From Microcystaceae cyanobacterium (GTDB taxonomy: Bacteria; Cyanobacteriota; Cyanobacteriia; Cyanobacteriales; Microcystaceae), in the NCBI GenBank assembly GCA_041746575.1, contig JBGTGT010000098.1:104729-168728 (forward strand): DNA of 64,000 nt. The letters are read 5' to 3'. Of the stretch, positions 9,016 to 19,178 are shown piece after piece (position 1 is the stretch's first letter; each line of letters opens with the position of its first letter). The translations under genes were made by a program, and so were the position numbers. A model generated the notes under the pieces. It did no database searches. It saw nothing but the letters and a program-made list of their open reading frames with translations, and was not told where the DNA came from.

Positions 9016-9180
9016 AACGTGAGTTCGACGAGGGCAATTATCTCAATTTTTTTGTCCATCCTCGTTGGGATTAGGAAAAGAAAAACAAATTCTTGATTGG
9101 GGGACTAGCCCCCCAAGCCCCCTGCACAAAAAAATTAAAGAAAGAAGTCTCGTAGATTTTCGGATGGTCGAATTCACGTT
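9016..9180 (+). mobile_element. MITE-like element, copy 1
   Basis: 14-bp terminal inverted repeats AACGTGAGTTCGAC / GTCGAATTCACGTT; inverted copy at 39099-39260. Confidence 0.8.
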
Positions 9181-9323
9181 AAAATAAAGTCAGGCAGACG
9201 TAATTATTGTGGGGCAGGGCATAAATTGATGATGATGGGTGCATTTTCCGAAAAATTTGCCGAATTTTATTTTGATTGCCTCATTGACATTTATAATCTA
9301 TAATTCGTAATTTATCATTCATT

Positions 9324-10490
9324 ATGCTGAAGCCGCTTAAAATTATTAATGCACGCTTGCCGGGATATAGCGAACAACAGCAGATCATTATTGATGAACA
9401 GAGATTCATTAAAGATATTTTGGTTAATACAAGCAATTCTTACGCTAATTTACCGATTTTAGATATAGAGGGAGATTGGCTGTCGTTAGGGGGGGTGGAT
9501 TTACAGATTAATGGCGGTTTAGGTCTCGCTTTTCCTGATTTAAGAGCAAAAAACATCAGTTATCTTCATAAAATTGCCACCTTTCTCTGGGAAAATGGCG
9601 TAGATGCGTTTTTGCCGACGCTTGTGACTACTTCTGTCAACAATATTCATCAATCCTTAAGCGTAATTGAGGATTTTATGGCAATTCAAGCCTCTGACCC
9701 TACAAAATCAGCGAAAATCTTAGGGGCTCATCTCGAAGGCCCCTTTCTCAACCACGAAAAGCGCGGGGCGCATCCCTCGCAACACCTTTTAACCCCTAGC
9801 TTAGAAACGGTACAATGGATACTTGATCGCTATGCTAATGTCGTAAAAATTATTACCCTTGCTCCAGAACTCGATCTTACTGGAGAAGTTATTCCTTATC
9901 TGCGATCACTGGGTATTATCGTCAGTTTAGGTCATTCTCAAGCCTCGGTCAAGGAAGCAAGACAAGCTTTTGCCTTAGGAGCTACCATGGTGACTCATGC
10001 CTTTAATGCTATGCCTCCTTTACATCATCGTCGTCCGGGGTTGCTAGGAGAAGCTATTTTACAAGAGGGTGTGTATTGTGGTGTTATTGCCGACGGGCAG
10101 CACGTCAGCCCCTTAATGATTAATATTTTACTTCGAGCAAGCCATTACGAGCAAGGCGTTTTTCTCGTCAGCGATGCCTTAGCTCCTATCGGCTTAGAGG
10201 ATGGCATTTATCCGTGGGATAACCGTCAAATGGAAGTGAAAAACGGCACGGCGCGACTGGCAGATAAAACCCTAGCAGGGACAACGTTATCCCTCTTGGT
10301 GGGGGCGCAAAATTTAGTAAAATGGGGAGTATGTGAAATTGAACAAGCGATCGCTTTAGCCACTGAAGCCCCTCGTAAGGCGTTAGGGTTAAAAGGATTA
10401 AGCATTGGACAGTCTGCCAATTTCCTTCGTTGGCAAACAGAGAAATCGGGCTTAAACTGGCAACGTTTAACGATAAATAGTGACCTTTAG
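9324..10490 (+). CDS. nagA: N-acetylglucosamine-6-phosphate deacetylase
   Basis: HLEGPF, KRGAH, GHS, THAFNAM and DGQH motifs. Confidence 0.95.
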   Translation: MLKPLKIINARLPGYSEQQQIIIDEQRFIKDILVNTSNSYANLPILDIEGDWLSLGGVDLQINGGLGLAFPDLRAKNISYLHKIATFLWENGVDAFLPTLVTTSVNNIHQSLSVIEDFMAIQASDPTKSAKILGAHLEGPFLNHEKRGAHPSQHLLTPSLETVQWILDRYANVVKIITLAPELDLTGEVIPYLRSLGIIVSLGHSQASVKEARQAFALGATMVTHAFNAMPPLHHRRPGLLGEAILQEGVYCGVIADGQHVSPLMINILLRASHYEQGVFLVSDALAPIGLEDGIYPWDNRQMEVKNGTARLADKTLAGTTLSLLVGAQNLVKWGVCEIEQAIALATEAPRKALGLKGLSIGQSANFLRWQTEKSGLNWQRLTINSDL

Positions 10491-11467
10491 GCTAACACGC
10501 TTTTCTTTACCGAAAGAGGTCGTCCTGTGCCACCTCGTTGGACTAAAATTAATTCAGCCCCAATACTAATGGCAATTTCTTCGGGGGTTAATGCCCCAAT
10601 ATCTAAGCCAATTGGTGCATAAAAAGAAGTTAAATAAGAGGGAGAAAAATTTAACTTTGCTAAGGCTTTTTTAACGGCTTGAATTCGTTTCTTTGAGCCA
10701 ATCATGCCCAGATAGTTATAAGTTATTTGATGGTCTAAAATCGTTTTTAGAGCTTCTAAATCGTATTGATAACCTCTCGTCACCAAGGCTAAATATAAGG
10801 GTTGGTAATGGACAAATTGGGGTAACGCGACGGAAATAGAATCAGTGAAAATCTGTGTTGCTTGAGGATAACGAGATTTATTTGCCCATTCAGGGCGATC
10901 ATCTTGAATAAATATGTTAAATCCAAGCATATTGCCTACTTTTGCCAACTGTTCTCCCACATGGCCAGCCCCAATAATCAATAAGAGAGGAGGAGGGTGT
11001 ACAATTTCGCTAAACCCCGTTTCTGCTGAGGGTTCAGTCAGGTTCTTAAGAAGAAGGTATGGGGATTCTGAAGAAGAAAAAGGCGTAAAAAGAGTAATTT
11101 TTTTTCCTGATTTAAGATAATTAAGGATTTCCTGCCCTAAAGCGATCGCACTTTCCCCAGACCATTTTTCTAACCAAACTTGCATCGTGCCACCGCATAC
11201 GCCTTCAGTGGTTTTATGGCTTACCCCTGATAAATCAATCGTTAGTTTCTGCTTTTTACCCGTTTTTAGGACAGTTTGGGCAATTCTACAAACTTTGGCT
11301 TCTCCTGCCCCTCCCCCAATGGTATTAATCGTTTCTCCATCGGCACAGATAATCATTTTAGCACCGATTTCTCTGGGAACCGAACCGCTTGTTTGGATAA
11401 CCGTTGCTAATACCAATTCTTTTTTTTTAAGGGTGTTTAAAAGGTGTTGAAAAAATTGAACAGACAT
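10487..11467 (-). CDS. XdhC/CoxI family molybdoenzyme accessory protein
   Basis: GSVPREIGAKM, TIGGG, CGG, GAGHVG and APIGLDIGA-x-TPEEIA motifs. Confidence 0.9.
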   Translation of the reverse strand: MSVQFFQHLLNTLKKKELVLATVIQTSGSVPREIGAKMIICADGETINTIGGGAGEAKVCRIAQTVLKTGKKQKLTIDLSGVSHKTTEGVCGGTMQVWLEKWSGESAIALGQEILNYLKSGKKITLFTPFSSSESPYLLLKNLTEPSAETGFSEIVHPPPLLLIIGAGHVGEQLAKVGNMLGFNIFIQDDRPEWANKSRYPQATQIFTDSISVALPQFVHYQPLYLALVTRGYQYDLEALKTILDHQITYNYLGMIGSKKRIQAVKKALAKLNFSPSYLTSFYAPIGLDIGALTPEEIAISIGAELILVQRGGTGRPLSVKKSVLA

Positions 11468-11898
11468 GAATCAATAATAAATGATAAATAATAAATAACA
11501 ATAGACCCTCAAACTGATTAATAAGTCTGCAACAATCGAAAAACGATGAGGAATCCTCAGCACACCAAACCGATAGATACTTGAGCTATTAGGATTAAAG
11601 CAATGCCCCTCGAAATTGTTAGTGATCGCTATGATCCCGTATATTGAATAGGTATAGCGGGAAAAAGCGAAAATTTGTCCTTGTTTAATCCGTTCATTTT
11701 TTTACTCATTTCGGCCAATCTCTTTAAAATATGAGAAAATAAAGATTAAGCAAGCTTATACCATCTTTCTCTCAAAAAGTGTAGTCGTTGACACAATGAT
11801 TTTCCTTTGATAGGGACGAGTTTGCCTTAATTCAGCGACCCTCTATTCGACCTTTTTAGTCTAATTTGTAGTGAATATTTTGATTCCTTAAACTTGTT

Positions 11899-13251
11899 AT
11901 GTCTAACTTCTCTAATTTGAATCTTTTACCTTTACCTCCCGGTTCTTTTGGTCTTCCTATTATAGGTGAAACAATCCCTTTTTTTCAAGACAGCAAATTT
12001 GTCCAAAAGCATCGTCAAAAATACGGAAATATTTTCAAAACACATCTTTTTGGTTGTCCAACTGTTTTTGTGATAGACGAGCAAATAAATCGTTTTATTT
12101 TAATGAATGAAGAGAAATATTTTGTGTCAGCTTGGCCAAAAAGTACTCGTGTGCTTTTAGGGAATTATTCTTTAACCACTAATGCGGGAGAATTTCATAC
12201 CTCTCGACGACGATTAATATATCAAGCCTTTAAACCGAGAGCATTAGCTAGTTATATTCCCACCATCGAAAAAATCACTCAGCAGTATCTCCAAAAATGG
12301 GAAACAATCGCCAACTTAACTTGGTATTCTGAACTCAGACGTTATACATTTGATGTAGCCTGTACGTTATTTGTCGGTCAAGAAAAAGGGTCAAATACTG
12401 TCTTATTCTCTTTGTTTGAAGAATGGTGCAGTGGGTTATTTAGTTTACCGCTCAATTTACCTCAGACAAGATTTGGTAAAGCTTTAAAGTGCCGTTATAA
12501 ACTTTTAAATGTACTCGAACAAATTATTTTAGAACGTCAGCAACAAGAGAATTTAGGCAATGATGCTTTAGGAATTCTGTTAAATACAGAAGATGAAAAA
12601 GGAGAGAAATTATCGTTAGCAGAGTTAAAAGATCAGATCCTCGTTTTATTATTTGCTGGACACGAAACCTTAACGTCTTCAGTGACTTCCTTTTGCTTAT
12701 TAATGACACAATACCCTGATATTTTCATGAAAGTTGAAGCTGAACAAAAAGCCTTAAATTATCCTGAGTTCACCCTTGATACGCTGAAAGAAATGACCTA
12801 TTTAGAACAGGTTTTAAAAGAGGTTTTGCGTTTGATTCCGCCTGTCGGGGGTGTTTTTCGAGAAGTTATTCAATCCTGTGAGTTCAACGGTTTTCAAATT
12901 CCTCAAGGATGGAGAGTCCTCTGTTCGATTAAAGGAATGCACGAAGACGAAAAATTATATTTCCATGTCAAACAATTTAACCCAGAACGTTTTGCACCTC
13001 ATCTCGAAATTAACCCAAAATCGAACAATGCTTATATTCCTTTTGGGGGGGGTATAAGAGAATGTATTGGTAAAGAGTTTGCTCGTTTAGAAAGTAAAAT
13101 ATTAGCCGCTATGTTAGCAAGACATTACGATTGGACATTAAGACCCAATCAAAACCTAGAATTGGTGATGATTCCGAGTCCTCGTCCTCGTGATGGCTTA
13201 AAAGTCTGCTTCCAAAAAAGTTCATCAGTCAGTAAATCTTCATTGAAATGA
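11899..13251 (+). CDS. Cytochrome P450, CYP120-like
   Basis: PPGSFGLP, AGHET, EVLR and heme motif FGGGIRECIG. Confidence 0.93.
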   Translation: MSNFSNLNLLPLPPGSFGLPIIGETIPFFQDSKFVQKHRQKYGNIFKTHLFGCPTVFVIDEQINRFILMNEEKYFVSAWPKSTRVLLGNYSLTTNAGEFHTSRRRLIYQAFKPRALASYIPTIEKITQQYLQKWETIANLTWYSELRRYTFDVACTLFVGQEKGSNTVLFSLFEEWCSGLFSLPLNLPQTRFGKALKCRYKLLNVLEQIILERQQQENLGNDALGILLNTEDEKGEKLSLAELKDQILVLLFAGHETLTSSVTSFCLLMTQYPDIFMKVEAEQKALNYPEFTLDTLKEMTYLEQVLKEVLRLIPPVGGVFREVIQSCEFNGFQIPQGWRVLCSIKGMHEDEKLYFHVKQFNPERFAPHLEINPKSNNAYIPFGGGIRECIGKEFARLESKILAAMLARHYDWTLRPNQNLELVMIPSPRPRDGLKVCFQKSSSVSKSSLK

Positions 13252-13318
13252 AATTAGAATTAGTCAGAAAAACTATTTAGAATTATCCTAATTTACTTCT
13301 TAAAAAAGATAGATAATA

Positions 13319-14491
13319 ATGCTTAATTTTTCTTCTCGTATGCAAGCCGTTCAATCGCCAATTATTCCTCTTATTGGTCAACTGATTCAAGAGAATCCGG
13401 GGACTATTTCTTTAGGGCAAGGTGTGGTTTTTTACCCACCTCCGCCACAAATTCAGGAAGGCATTACTCGTTTCTTAGCCAATCCGAATCATCATCTTTA
13501 TAAATCAGTTCAAGGGATATCCCCTCTGCGGGAGGCAATGGCTGAAAAGTTACGTCAAGATAATCAAGTTATTCTTAATTCTCAGCGTGAAATTGTGGTG
13601 ACAGCCGGCGGCAATATGGCCTTTATGAATGCCCTCTTAGCCATTACATCTCCTGAGGATGAAATCATTCTAAATTTACCCTATTATTTTAATCATGAAA
13701 TGGCAATTGTAATGGCAGATTGTCATCCTGTTTGTGTGCCAACGGCTGAAAATTATCAACTACAACTCGATAAAATTGAAGCGGCAATCACAACCAAAAC
13801 TCGTGCTATTGTGACCATTTCTCCCAATAATCCAACAGGAGTCGTTTATTCTCAAGAAGCCTTACAGGCGGTGAATCGACTATGTCAAGAAAAAGGAATT
13901 TATCATATTCACGATGAAGCCTATGATTATTTTATCTATGAGCCTTATCAACATTTTTCTCCCGGTTCAATTCCCAATAGTGAAGCTCATACTATTTTGT
14001 TGTATAGTCTCTCCAAAGCTTATGGTTTTGCGAGTTGGCGCATTGGTTATATGGTTATTCCTGAATCCTTAAAAACAGCGATCGCTAAAATTCAAGATAC
14101 AATTTTAATTTGCCCTCCTGTAATTTCTCAATATGCAGCTTTGAGTTGCTTGAAGGTGGGAAAAAGCTATTGTGAACCCTATCTAAAACAACTCAGTACA
14201 GTAAGACAAATTGTTCTTGAACAATTATCAAATCTTGAAGACTATTGCACCCTTATTGCAACACAAGGCGCGTTTTATGTTTTTCTAAAAATCAATCGAC
14301 CCATTCATGATTTTTCTTTAGTTCAATATTTAATTGAAAAAGAGAAGGTAGCTGTATTACCCGGTCATACTTTTGGACTTAAGGAGGAATGTTATTTACG
14401 AATTGCGTTTGGGGCATTACAAAAAGAAACGGTGAGTGAAGGTATTAATCGCTTAGTAGCTGGTATTAAGAACTATATTTGTTATAATTAA
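13319..14491 (+). CDS. PLP-dependent aminotransferase class I/II
   Basis: SPNNPTG, DEAY and SLSKAYGFASWRIG motifs. Confidence 0.92.
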   Translation: MLNFSSRMQAVQSPIIPLIGQLIQENPGTISLGQGVVFYPPPPQIQEGITRFLANPNHHLYKSVQGISPLREAMAEKLRQDNQVILNSQREIVVTAGGNMAFMNALLAITSPEDEIILNLPYYFNHEMAIVMADCHPVCVPTAENYQLQLDKIEAAITTKTRAIVTISPNNPTGVVYSQEALQAVNRLCQEKGIYHIHDEAYDYFIYEPYQHFSPGSIPNSEAHTILLYSLSKAYGFASWRIGYMVIPESLKTAIAKIQDTILICPPVISQYAALSCLKVGKSYCEPYLKQLSTVRQIVLEQLSNLEDYCTLIATQGAFYVFLKINRPIHDFSLVQYLIEKEKVAVLPGHTFGLKEECYLRIAFGALQKETVSEGINRLVAGIKNYICYN

Positions 14492-14563
14492 TAGTGGTTT
14501 TCTAAAAGGTGAAATTTGTTTAGAAATCAAGCAATTGGACAATTACTTGAAATCATTAAAAAA

Positions 14564-14986
14564 ATGGATTTATTAACACAATTACATAGCAAAAAACTAT
14601 TAATCGTTAATCCTCGACGGAAAAATGGGTTAATTCTTATTAAAGAATATCATGCAGAATTTGCTGGGCCAGGTGCAGTAGTGGGCAGTGAATTTGATGT
14701 AGATGTAAAAAGCCTAATTGCCGTCGGTAAACTGTCTTTAATTACCCCACAAACCCCCAAAGAAACGATTAATGCCTATTTAATTCGACGACAATGGGTG
14801 AGATTAACCAAGCAAATTACCGATAATCCGATTCCTATTCAACGCGCCCAAGTTATTCTCAATCAATTTGATAACTGGTTTGATGCAAAAACCACGGCTC
14901 AACTACCTGATGACGCATTTGCCTTATTAGTGGGGGTACTGCCCCAAACCATTCATCAGATGCGGGAAGATTTACAGGCAATTTGA
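14564..14986 (+). CDS. Conserved cyanobacterial hypothetical protein, possibly a distant Crp-like regulator
   Basis: AEFAGPGA motif and C-terminal HTH-like segment (A-x-LVGVLPQTI); likely ATG 14564. Confidence 0.6.
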   Translation: MDLLTQLHSKKLLIVNPRRKNGLILIKEYHAEFAGPGAVVGSEFDVDVKSLIAVGKLSLITPQTPKETINAYLIRRQWVRLTKQITDNPIPIQRAQVILNQFDNWFDAKTTAQLPDDAFALLVGVLPQTIHQMREDLQAI

Positions 14987-15041
14987 GTCCTTTTAACGAT
15001 AAAATCAGGAACGATTAACCCTTATTTTAGGAGAACCTTCC

Positions 15042-15749
15042 ATGGCGAATCCCGATTTGATTAAAGTAATGAAACAGGAAGTGGGTAAAGCGGCTGCTTC
15101 TCGCGTTCAGTCTAACACGGTAGTGGGCTTAGGCACAGGATCAACCACAGCTTATGCGATTCAATACATTGGAGAACGCTTGAAAAAAGGAGATTTAACA
15201 AATATTGTGGGAATTCCGACCTCCTTTCAAGCGGAAGTTTTAGCTAAAGAGTATGGCATTCCCCTAACAACCTTAGACTTCGTTGATCATGTTGATTTGG
15301 CGATTGACGGGGCAGACGAAGTTGATCCCCAGAAAAACCTCATCAAAGGAGGTGGAGCAGCGCATACGCGTGAAAAAGTGGTAGATTGTCAGGCAAATAC
15401 TTTTATTGTTGTTGTTGATAGTGGAAAATTAGTAGATAAGCTCAATTCTACTTTTTTATTACCGGTTGAAGTGATTCCTATGGCGGTTACGCCTGTTATG
15501 CGCAAAATTGCACAATTAGGAGGCAAACCCGAATTAAGAATGGGGGTTAAAAAAGCCGGCCCTGTCGTCACTGATCAGGGTAATTTAGTAGTGGATGTTC
15601 AATTTGAAAGTATTGATGATCCGGCGAGCTTAGAAAAAACCTTAAATAATATTCCGGGAGTATTAGAAAATGGTTTATTCGTTGGTGTTGCTGATATCAT
15701 TTTAGTGGGGGAAATTAAGGACGATAAGGTCATTGTCCGAGAATTTTAA
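15042..15749 (+). CDS. rpiA: Ribose-5-phosphate isomerase A
   Basis: GLGTGST, DGADE and IKGGG motifs. Confidence 0.97.
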   Translation: MANPDLIKVMKQEVGKAAASRVQSNTVVGLGTGSTTAYAIQYIGERLKKGDLTNIVGIPTSFQAEVLAKEYGIPLTTLDFVDHVDLAIDGADEVDPQKNLIKGGGAAHTREKVVDCQANTFIVVVDSGKLVDKLNSTFLLPVEVIPMAVTPVMRKIAQLGGKPELRMGVKKAGPVVTDQGNLVVDVQFESIDDPASLEKTLNNIPGVLENGLFVGVADIILVGEIKDDKVIVREF

Positions 15750-15789
15750 GAAAGATTGGAAGTCTTTTTATTAATAGCAATAAGGGCTT

Positions 15790-16296
15790 TTAAGGATGAA
15801 TAATAACAGGCACTCCAGTTTCTGCCCATTTGAATAACCACTCGGCATGATCAACAGCAACATTAATACAACCATGGCTAATGGGAGTACCAAAACGATG
15901 ATGCCAGTAAGCTCCATGAATGGCGTATCCTCTATCATAATACATGGCATAAGGGACATCTGAGATGTCATAATCATCCCCTCTCATGTGATCTTTCGCT
16001 CTTTTATTGTAAATCTCAAAAACCCCTGAAAGCGTTGGTGTATCTGCTTTTCCTGTAGAAACAATGACAGCGTAAACAGGTTTTTTCCCTTCCCATGCAA
16101 TTAACCGTTGAGTGGTTAGGTTAATTTCAATCCAGCGTTCTTTTGAAGTTTTAAGAGCTTGTAATTCTTGAGCAACTTGAGGGGGAATTCCTTGTGCTTG
16201 TAGAGGAGAAATATTATCTATTATTGATCCTAGTATAAAAAAAAGTACTATTCCCCTCAAAAAAGTTCTCGGAAAAAACCTGAGTAGATTATTCAT
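15790..16296 (-). CDS. L,D-transpeptidase (YkuD family)
   Basis: Catalytic AIHG...SHGCIN motif; signal peptide. Confidence 0.92.
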   Translation of the reverse strand: MNNLLRFFPRTFLRGIVLFFILGSIIDNISPLQAQGIPPQVAQELQALKTSKERWIEINLTTQRLIAWEGKKPVYAVIVSTGKADTPTLSGVFEIYNKRAKDHMRGDDYDISDVPYAMYYDRGYAIHGAYWHHRFGTPISHGCINVAVDHAEWLFKWAETGVPVIIHP

Positions 16297-16589
16297 GATA
16301 ACCTCTTCTTTAGTTAATAGGTAAACAAAAATAATAAATGTTTATTGCTTTAAAATTAACAATTAATCATAAAATTTCCTACTTAGAGCAGTTTCAAATA
16401 TTTAACGATTAATTATTGCTCTATAAGATCCATGTTAATTCTCATTTTGGGACTTGTCAGGTCAATCGTAAGATAAGTCCTAGAACTTTTACAATTCTTA
16501 ACTAACTTGATAAAACGTTAAGTTAGAATACTTAACGAAATTTTCAATATCTCCATCTGGTTTTTCAGGAAAATGCGATAAATTAATAA

Positions 16590-17474
16590 ATGAACCATAA
16601 ATGGGGTTTTTCTTTTATGCAATTCGATTACTTTGATGTCTTAAAATTTCGTCTGATTAATCATCTTCAGCATCTAGTCAGAGAGCGAGATCCCTACTTA
16701 AATCAAGGCAATCATTTTTATGTCAAAGAATATATTCGTCAAGAATTTCAATCCCTTGGTATGATTGAAATTCATTCTTTTGAAGTGAGAGGAAAACAAC
16801 ATGAAAACATCATTTTGAATTTACATTCTTCCTCGGAAACTGTACAAAAACCTGTAATTTTAGTGGGCGCGCATTATGATACTGTTCCTCGTTCTTCGGG
16901 GGCTGATGACAATGCCAGTGGCGTTGCGGTATTATTAGAAATCGCTCGTTTTTTTAGTCAAAAAGAAATAAATTTCCCGCTTAGATTTGTTGCTTTTGAT
17001 ATGGAAGAATATGGACTCTTAGGCAGTCAAGCTTATGCGCAATATTTAAAACAAAATCGGCAAGCTATAAGATTAATGATTTCCCTAGAAATGCTCGGTT
17101 ATTGTACTTCATCAGCCAATAGTCAAATTTATCCTGCTGGTTTAAAGTATTTCTATCCGTCAACAGGAGATTTTATTGCCTTAATTAGTAATTTAAGAAC
17201 CTTCAATGAGAGTAGAAAAATGAGTCAAGTCATGCGTCAAAATGTTCCTTGTCAAGGGTTAAGTGTTCCTTTCAATGGTTGGTTGGTTTGGGATACCCGA
17301 CGCAGTGATCATTCTCCCTTTTGGGATGCCGGATATAAGGCGATTATGGTGACAGATACTGCTAATTTACGCAATCCCCATTATCATCGCTCAACAGATA
17401 CCTTAGAAACCCTAGACTTGGACTTTTTAACAAGGGTTTGTTTGGGATTAATTCAAGCAATCAAAGAAATGTAA
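16590..17474 (+). CDS. M28 family peptidase
   Basis: GAHYD, GADDNASG, EE and SDH motifs. Confidence 0.92.
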   Translation: MNHKWGFSFMQFDYFDVLKFRLINHLQHLVRERDPYLNQGNHFYVKEYIRQEFQSLGMIEIHSFEVRGKQHENIILNLHSSSETVQKPVILVGAHYDTVPRSSGADDNASGVAVLLEIARFFSQKEINFPLRFVAFDMEEYGLLGSQAYAQYLKQNRQAIRLMISLEMLGYCTSSANSQIYPAGLKYFYPSTGDFIALISNLRTFNESRKMSQVMRQNVPCQGLSVPFNGWLVWDTRRSDHSPFWDAGYKAIMVTDTANLRNPHYHRSTDTLETLDLDFLTRVCLGLIQAIKEM

Positions 17475-17548
17475 ACTGTCTATAAAGGTTCGATACTTTA
17501 ATGATGATATGTTATCAAATTACTTTCAATTTCAATCCATAAATTATA

Positions 17549-19039
17549 CTATTTATTTAGGTTCGATTTTTGCCAAATTCCTATTAAACTAAAAATCCCA
17601 ATTATCAATAAGCCAAACGTCATAGAAGGTTCAGGAATTTTATAATCTTCAACTTCACCATGGGAAAGACAATCGGCTGAAGGGATAGGGCAATCTGGGG
17701 ATGAAAAGAATTCGCCTTGTGGGGTTATATCTAAGCTAAGGGGATCCCAAGTCAAACGAAAACGGTTATAGTATTTTCTGACGTCTCTTGAAATAGGATA
17801 ACGCTTTTTGAATAACCCCGGTGCCAGAAAAGTAATTGAAGGGTCATCAGGAATGGTACTCGGATTAAGCGTGAGTAAATCGTCAATCAACAACTCTTCA
17901 GGATGATCAAACATTTTATTTTCATTAAAATCTGTCCACGCACGCAGTTGATAAGGATGATCCCCTAACCGAGAAATATTAAAAATAACATCAATCCAAT
18001 GCTTACCAAAAATAACACCATCTTCATCGTCTAATGGGCGGGAAAAAACAAAAGGAGAAGGAATTAAATCATCTCCATTTGCGGGAATTGTTGGTCGACC
18101 ATTATGTTCTCCATCTTTAAACGTTCCTAACCGTTGAAACTCTCCTTCATAATAACGAGGTCCATTATTTTGTAATAGAGTGTCGTAAAAAAAATTGAGG
18201 TTAATAGGGCGATCAGGTGCATCGCCAAAATCCCTTTCCCAAACGGCTAATCCACTGGTAGCATCGCCAAAATCATCTACATCAACGATGCCAAAACTTA
18301 GGTCATAAATTCCGTCTTCTGTAATGTTAAGATTATAAATTCCTGAACTTTCTCGCACAAAAGGCATTTCAATCACTGGCGTAAATCCATCAATATTTCG
18401 TTCTCGAACACCTCCTGCTGTATTTGAATTAATAAATAGATTTAGGTCTTCGCTTTCATTAACACTGGTTAATCGGATGAAGTCATAAATTTCTTCTGTA
18501 TCTTCTTCTTCGTCGATAATTTTTTTCACCAGTAGAAAAGCGTAGTCACTTGCATCGATAAAATCAAGCGTATCAGGATTTAAAATATCACGTCGTTCAT
18601 CATTAGAATAAAATGTCCAGCCAAAATTATAGGTAAAACCTTGAGGAAAGAAAAATCGCTTTCTAGCCGCAGAGCCTTCAAACGCTTCTACAAAATTGTC
18701 AATATCTGGACTTAGAAAACCATCTGGAATTTTGAGTGCTGTTTCTAGGCTGAAAGCATCAATAGCCGGTTCTTCACCTGATAAATTATAAATATTACCG
18801 ATTTCGTTACCTAAATTACTATCCTCTTCTGCTTGTGCATTGGTTGATAAGAAAAGACTATTCCCTTCTGGGGTTAAGAATGAGTCGCCGAAGAAATCAA
18901 TATCTGAGGAAAGTGCAGGACGTTGATTTAATCTGATTTCTATACTAAGTCCTCCTAGTAAGATTATTAGCAATGTTATGAATTTTGACAAGTTATTAGA
19001 CTTTTTAAGATGCAACATAGTTAATTCTGGTGTTTTCAT
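17549..19039 (-). CDS. PEP-CTERM sorting-domain protein with GEVED domain
   Basis: DFGDAPD, DEDGV, AWTDFN, RFRL and GEVED, then IPEPS + hydrophobic helix + basic tail; signal-like N-terminus. Confidence 0.85.
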   Translation of the reverse strand: MKTPELTMLHLKKSNNLSKFITLLIILLGGLSIEIRLNQRPALSSDIDFFGDSFLTPEGNSLFLSTNAQAEEDSNLGNEIGNIYNLSGEEPAIDAFSLETALKIPDGFLSPDIDNFVEAFEGSAARKRFFFPQGFTYNFGWTFYSNDERRDILNPDTLDFIDASDYAFLLVKKIIDEEEDTEEIYDFIRLTSVNESEDLNLFINSNTAGGVRERNIDGFTPVIEMPFVRESSGIYNLNITEDGIYDLSFGIVDVDDFGDATSGLAVWERDFGDAPDRPINLNFFYDTLLQNNGPRYYEGEFQRLGTFKDGEHNGRPTIPANGDDLIPSPFVFSRPLDDEDGVIFGKHWIDVIFNISRLGDHPYQLRAWTDFNENKMFDHPEELLIDDLLTLNPSTIPDDPSITFLAPGLFKKRYPISRDVRKYYNRFRLTWDPLSLDITPQGEFFSSPDCPIPSADCLSHGEVEDYKIPEPSMTFGLLIIGIFSLIGIWQKSNLNK

Positions 19040-19178
19040 AATACGTTGTAGGCTGATGGATGTTAGAATGATAATCTCAAGAGTCTGATTTGGTTAATAA
19101 TTTTCCCAGAAGTTTGATGGTTTCAAGCTCTCATCAGAAAACTTTGTACGACTTGACTTGGCGCAAATCTGTACCAGC

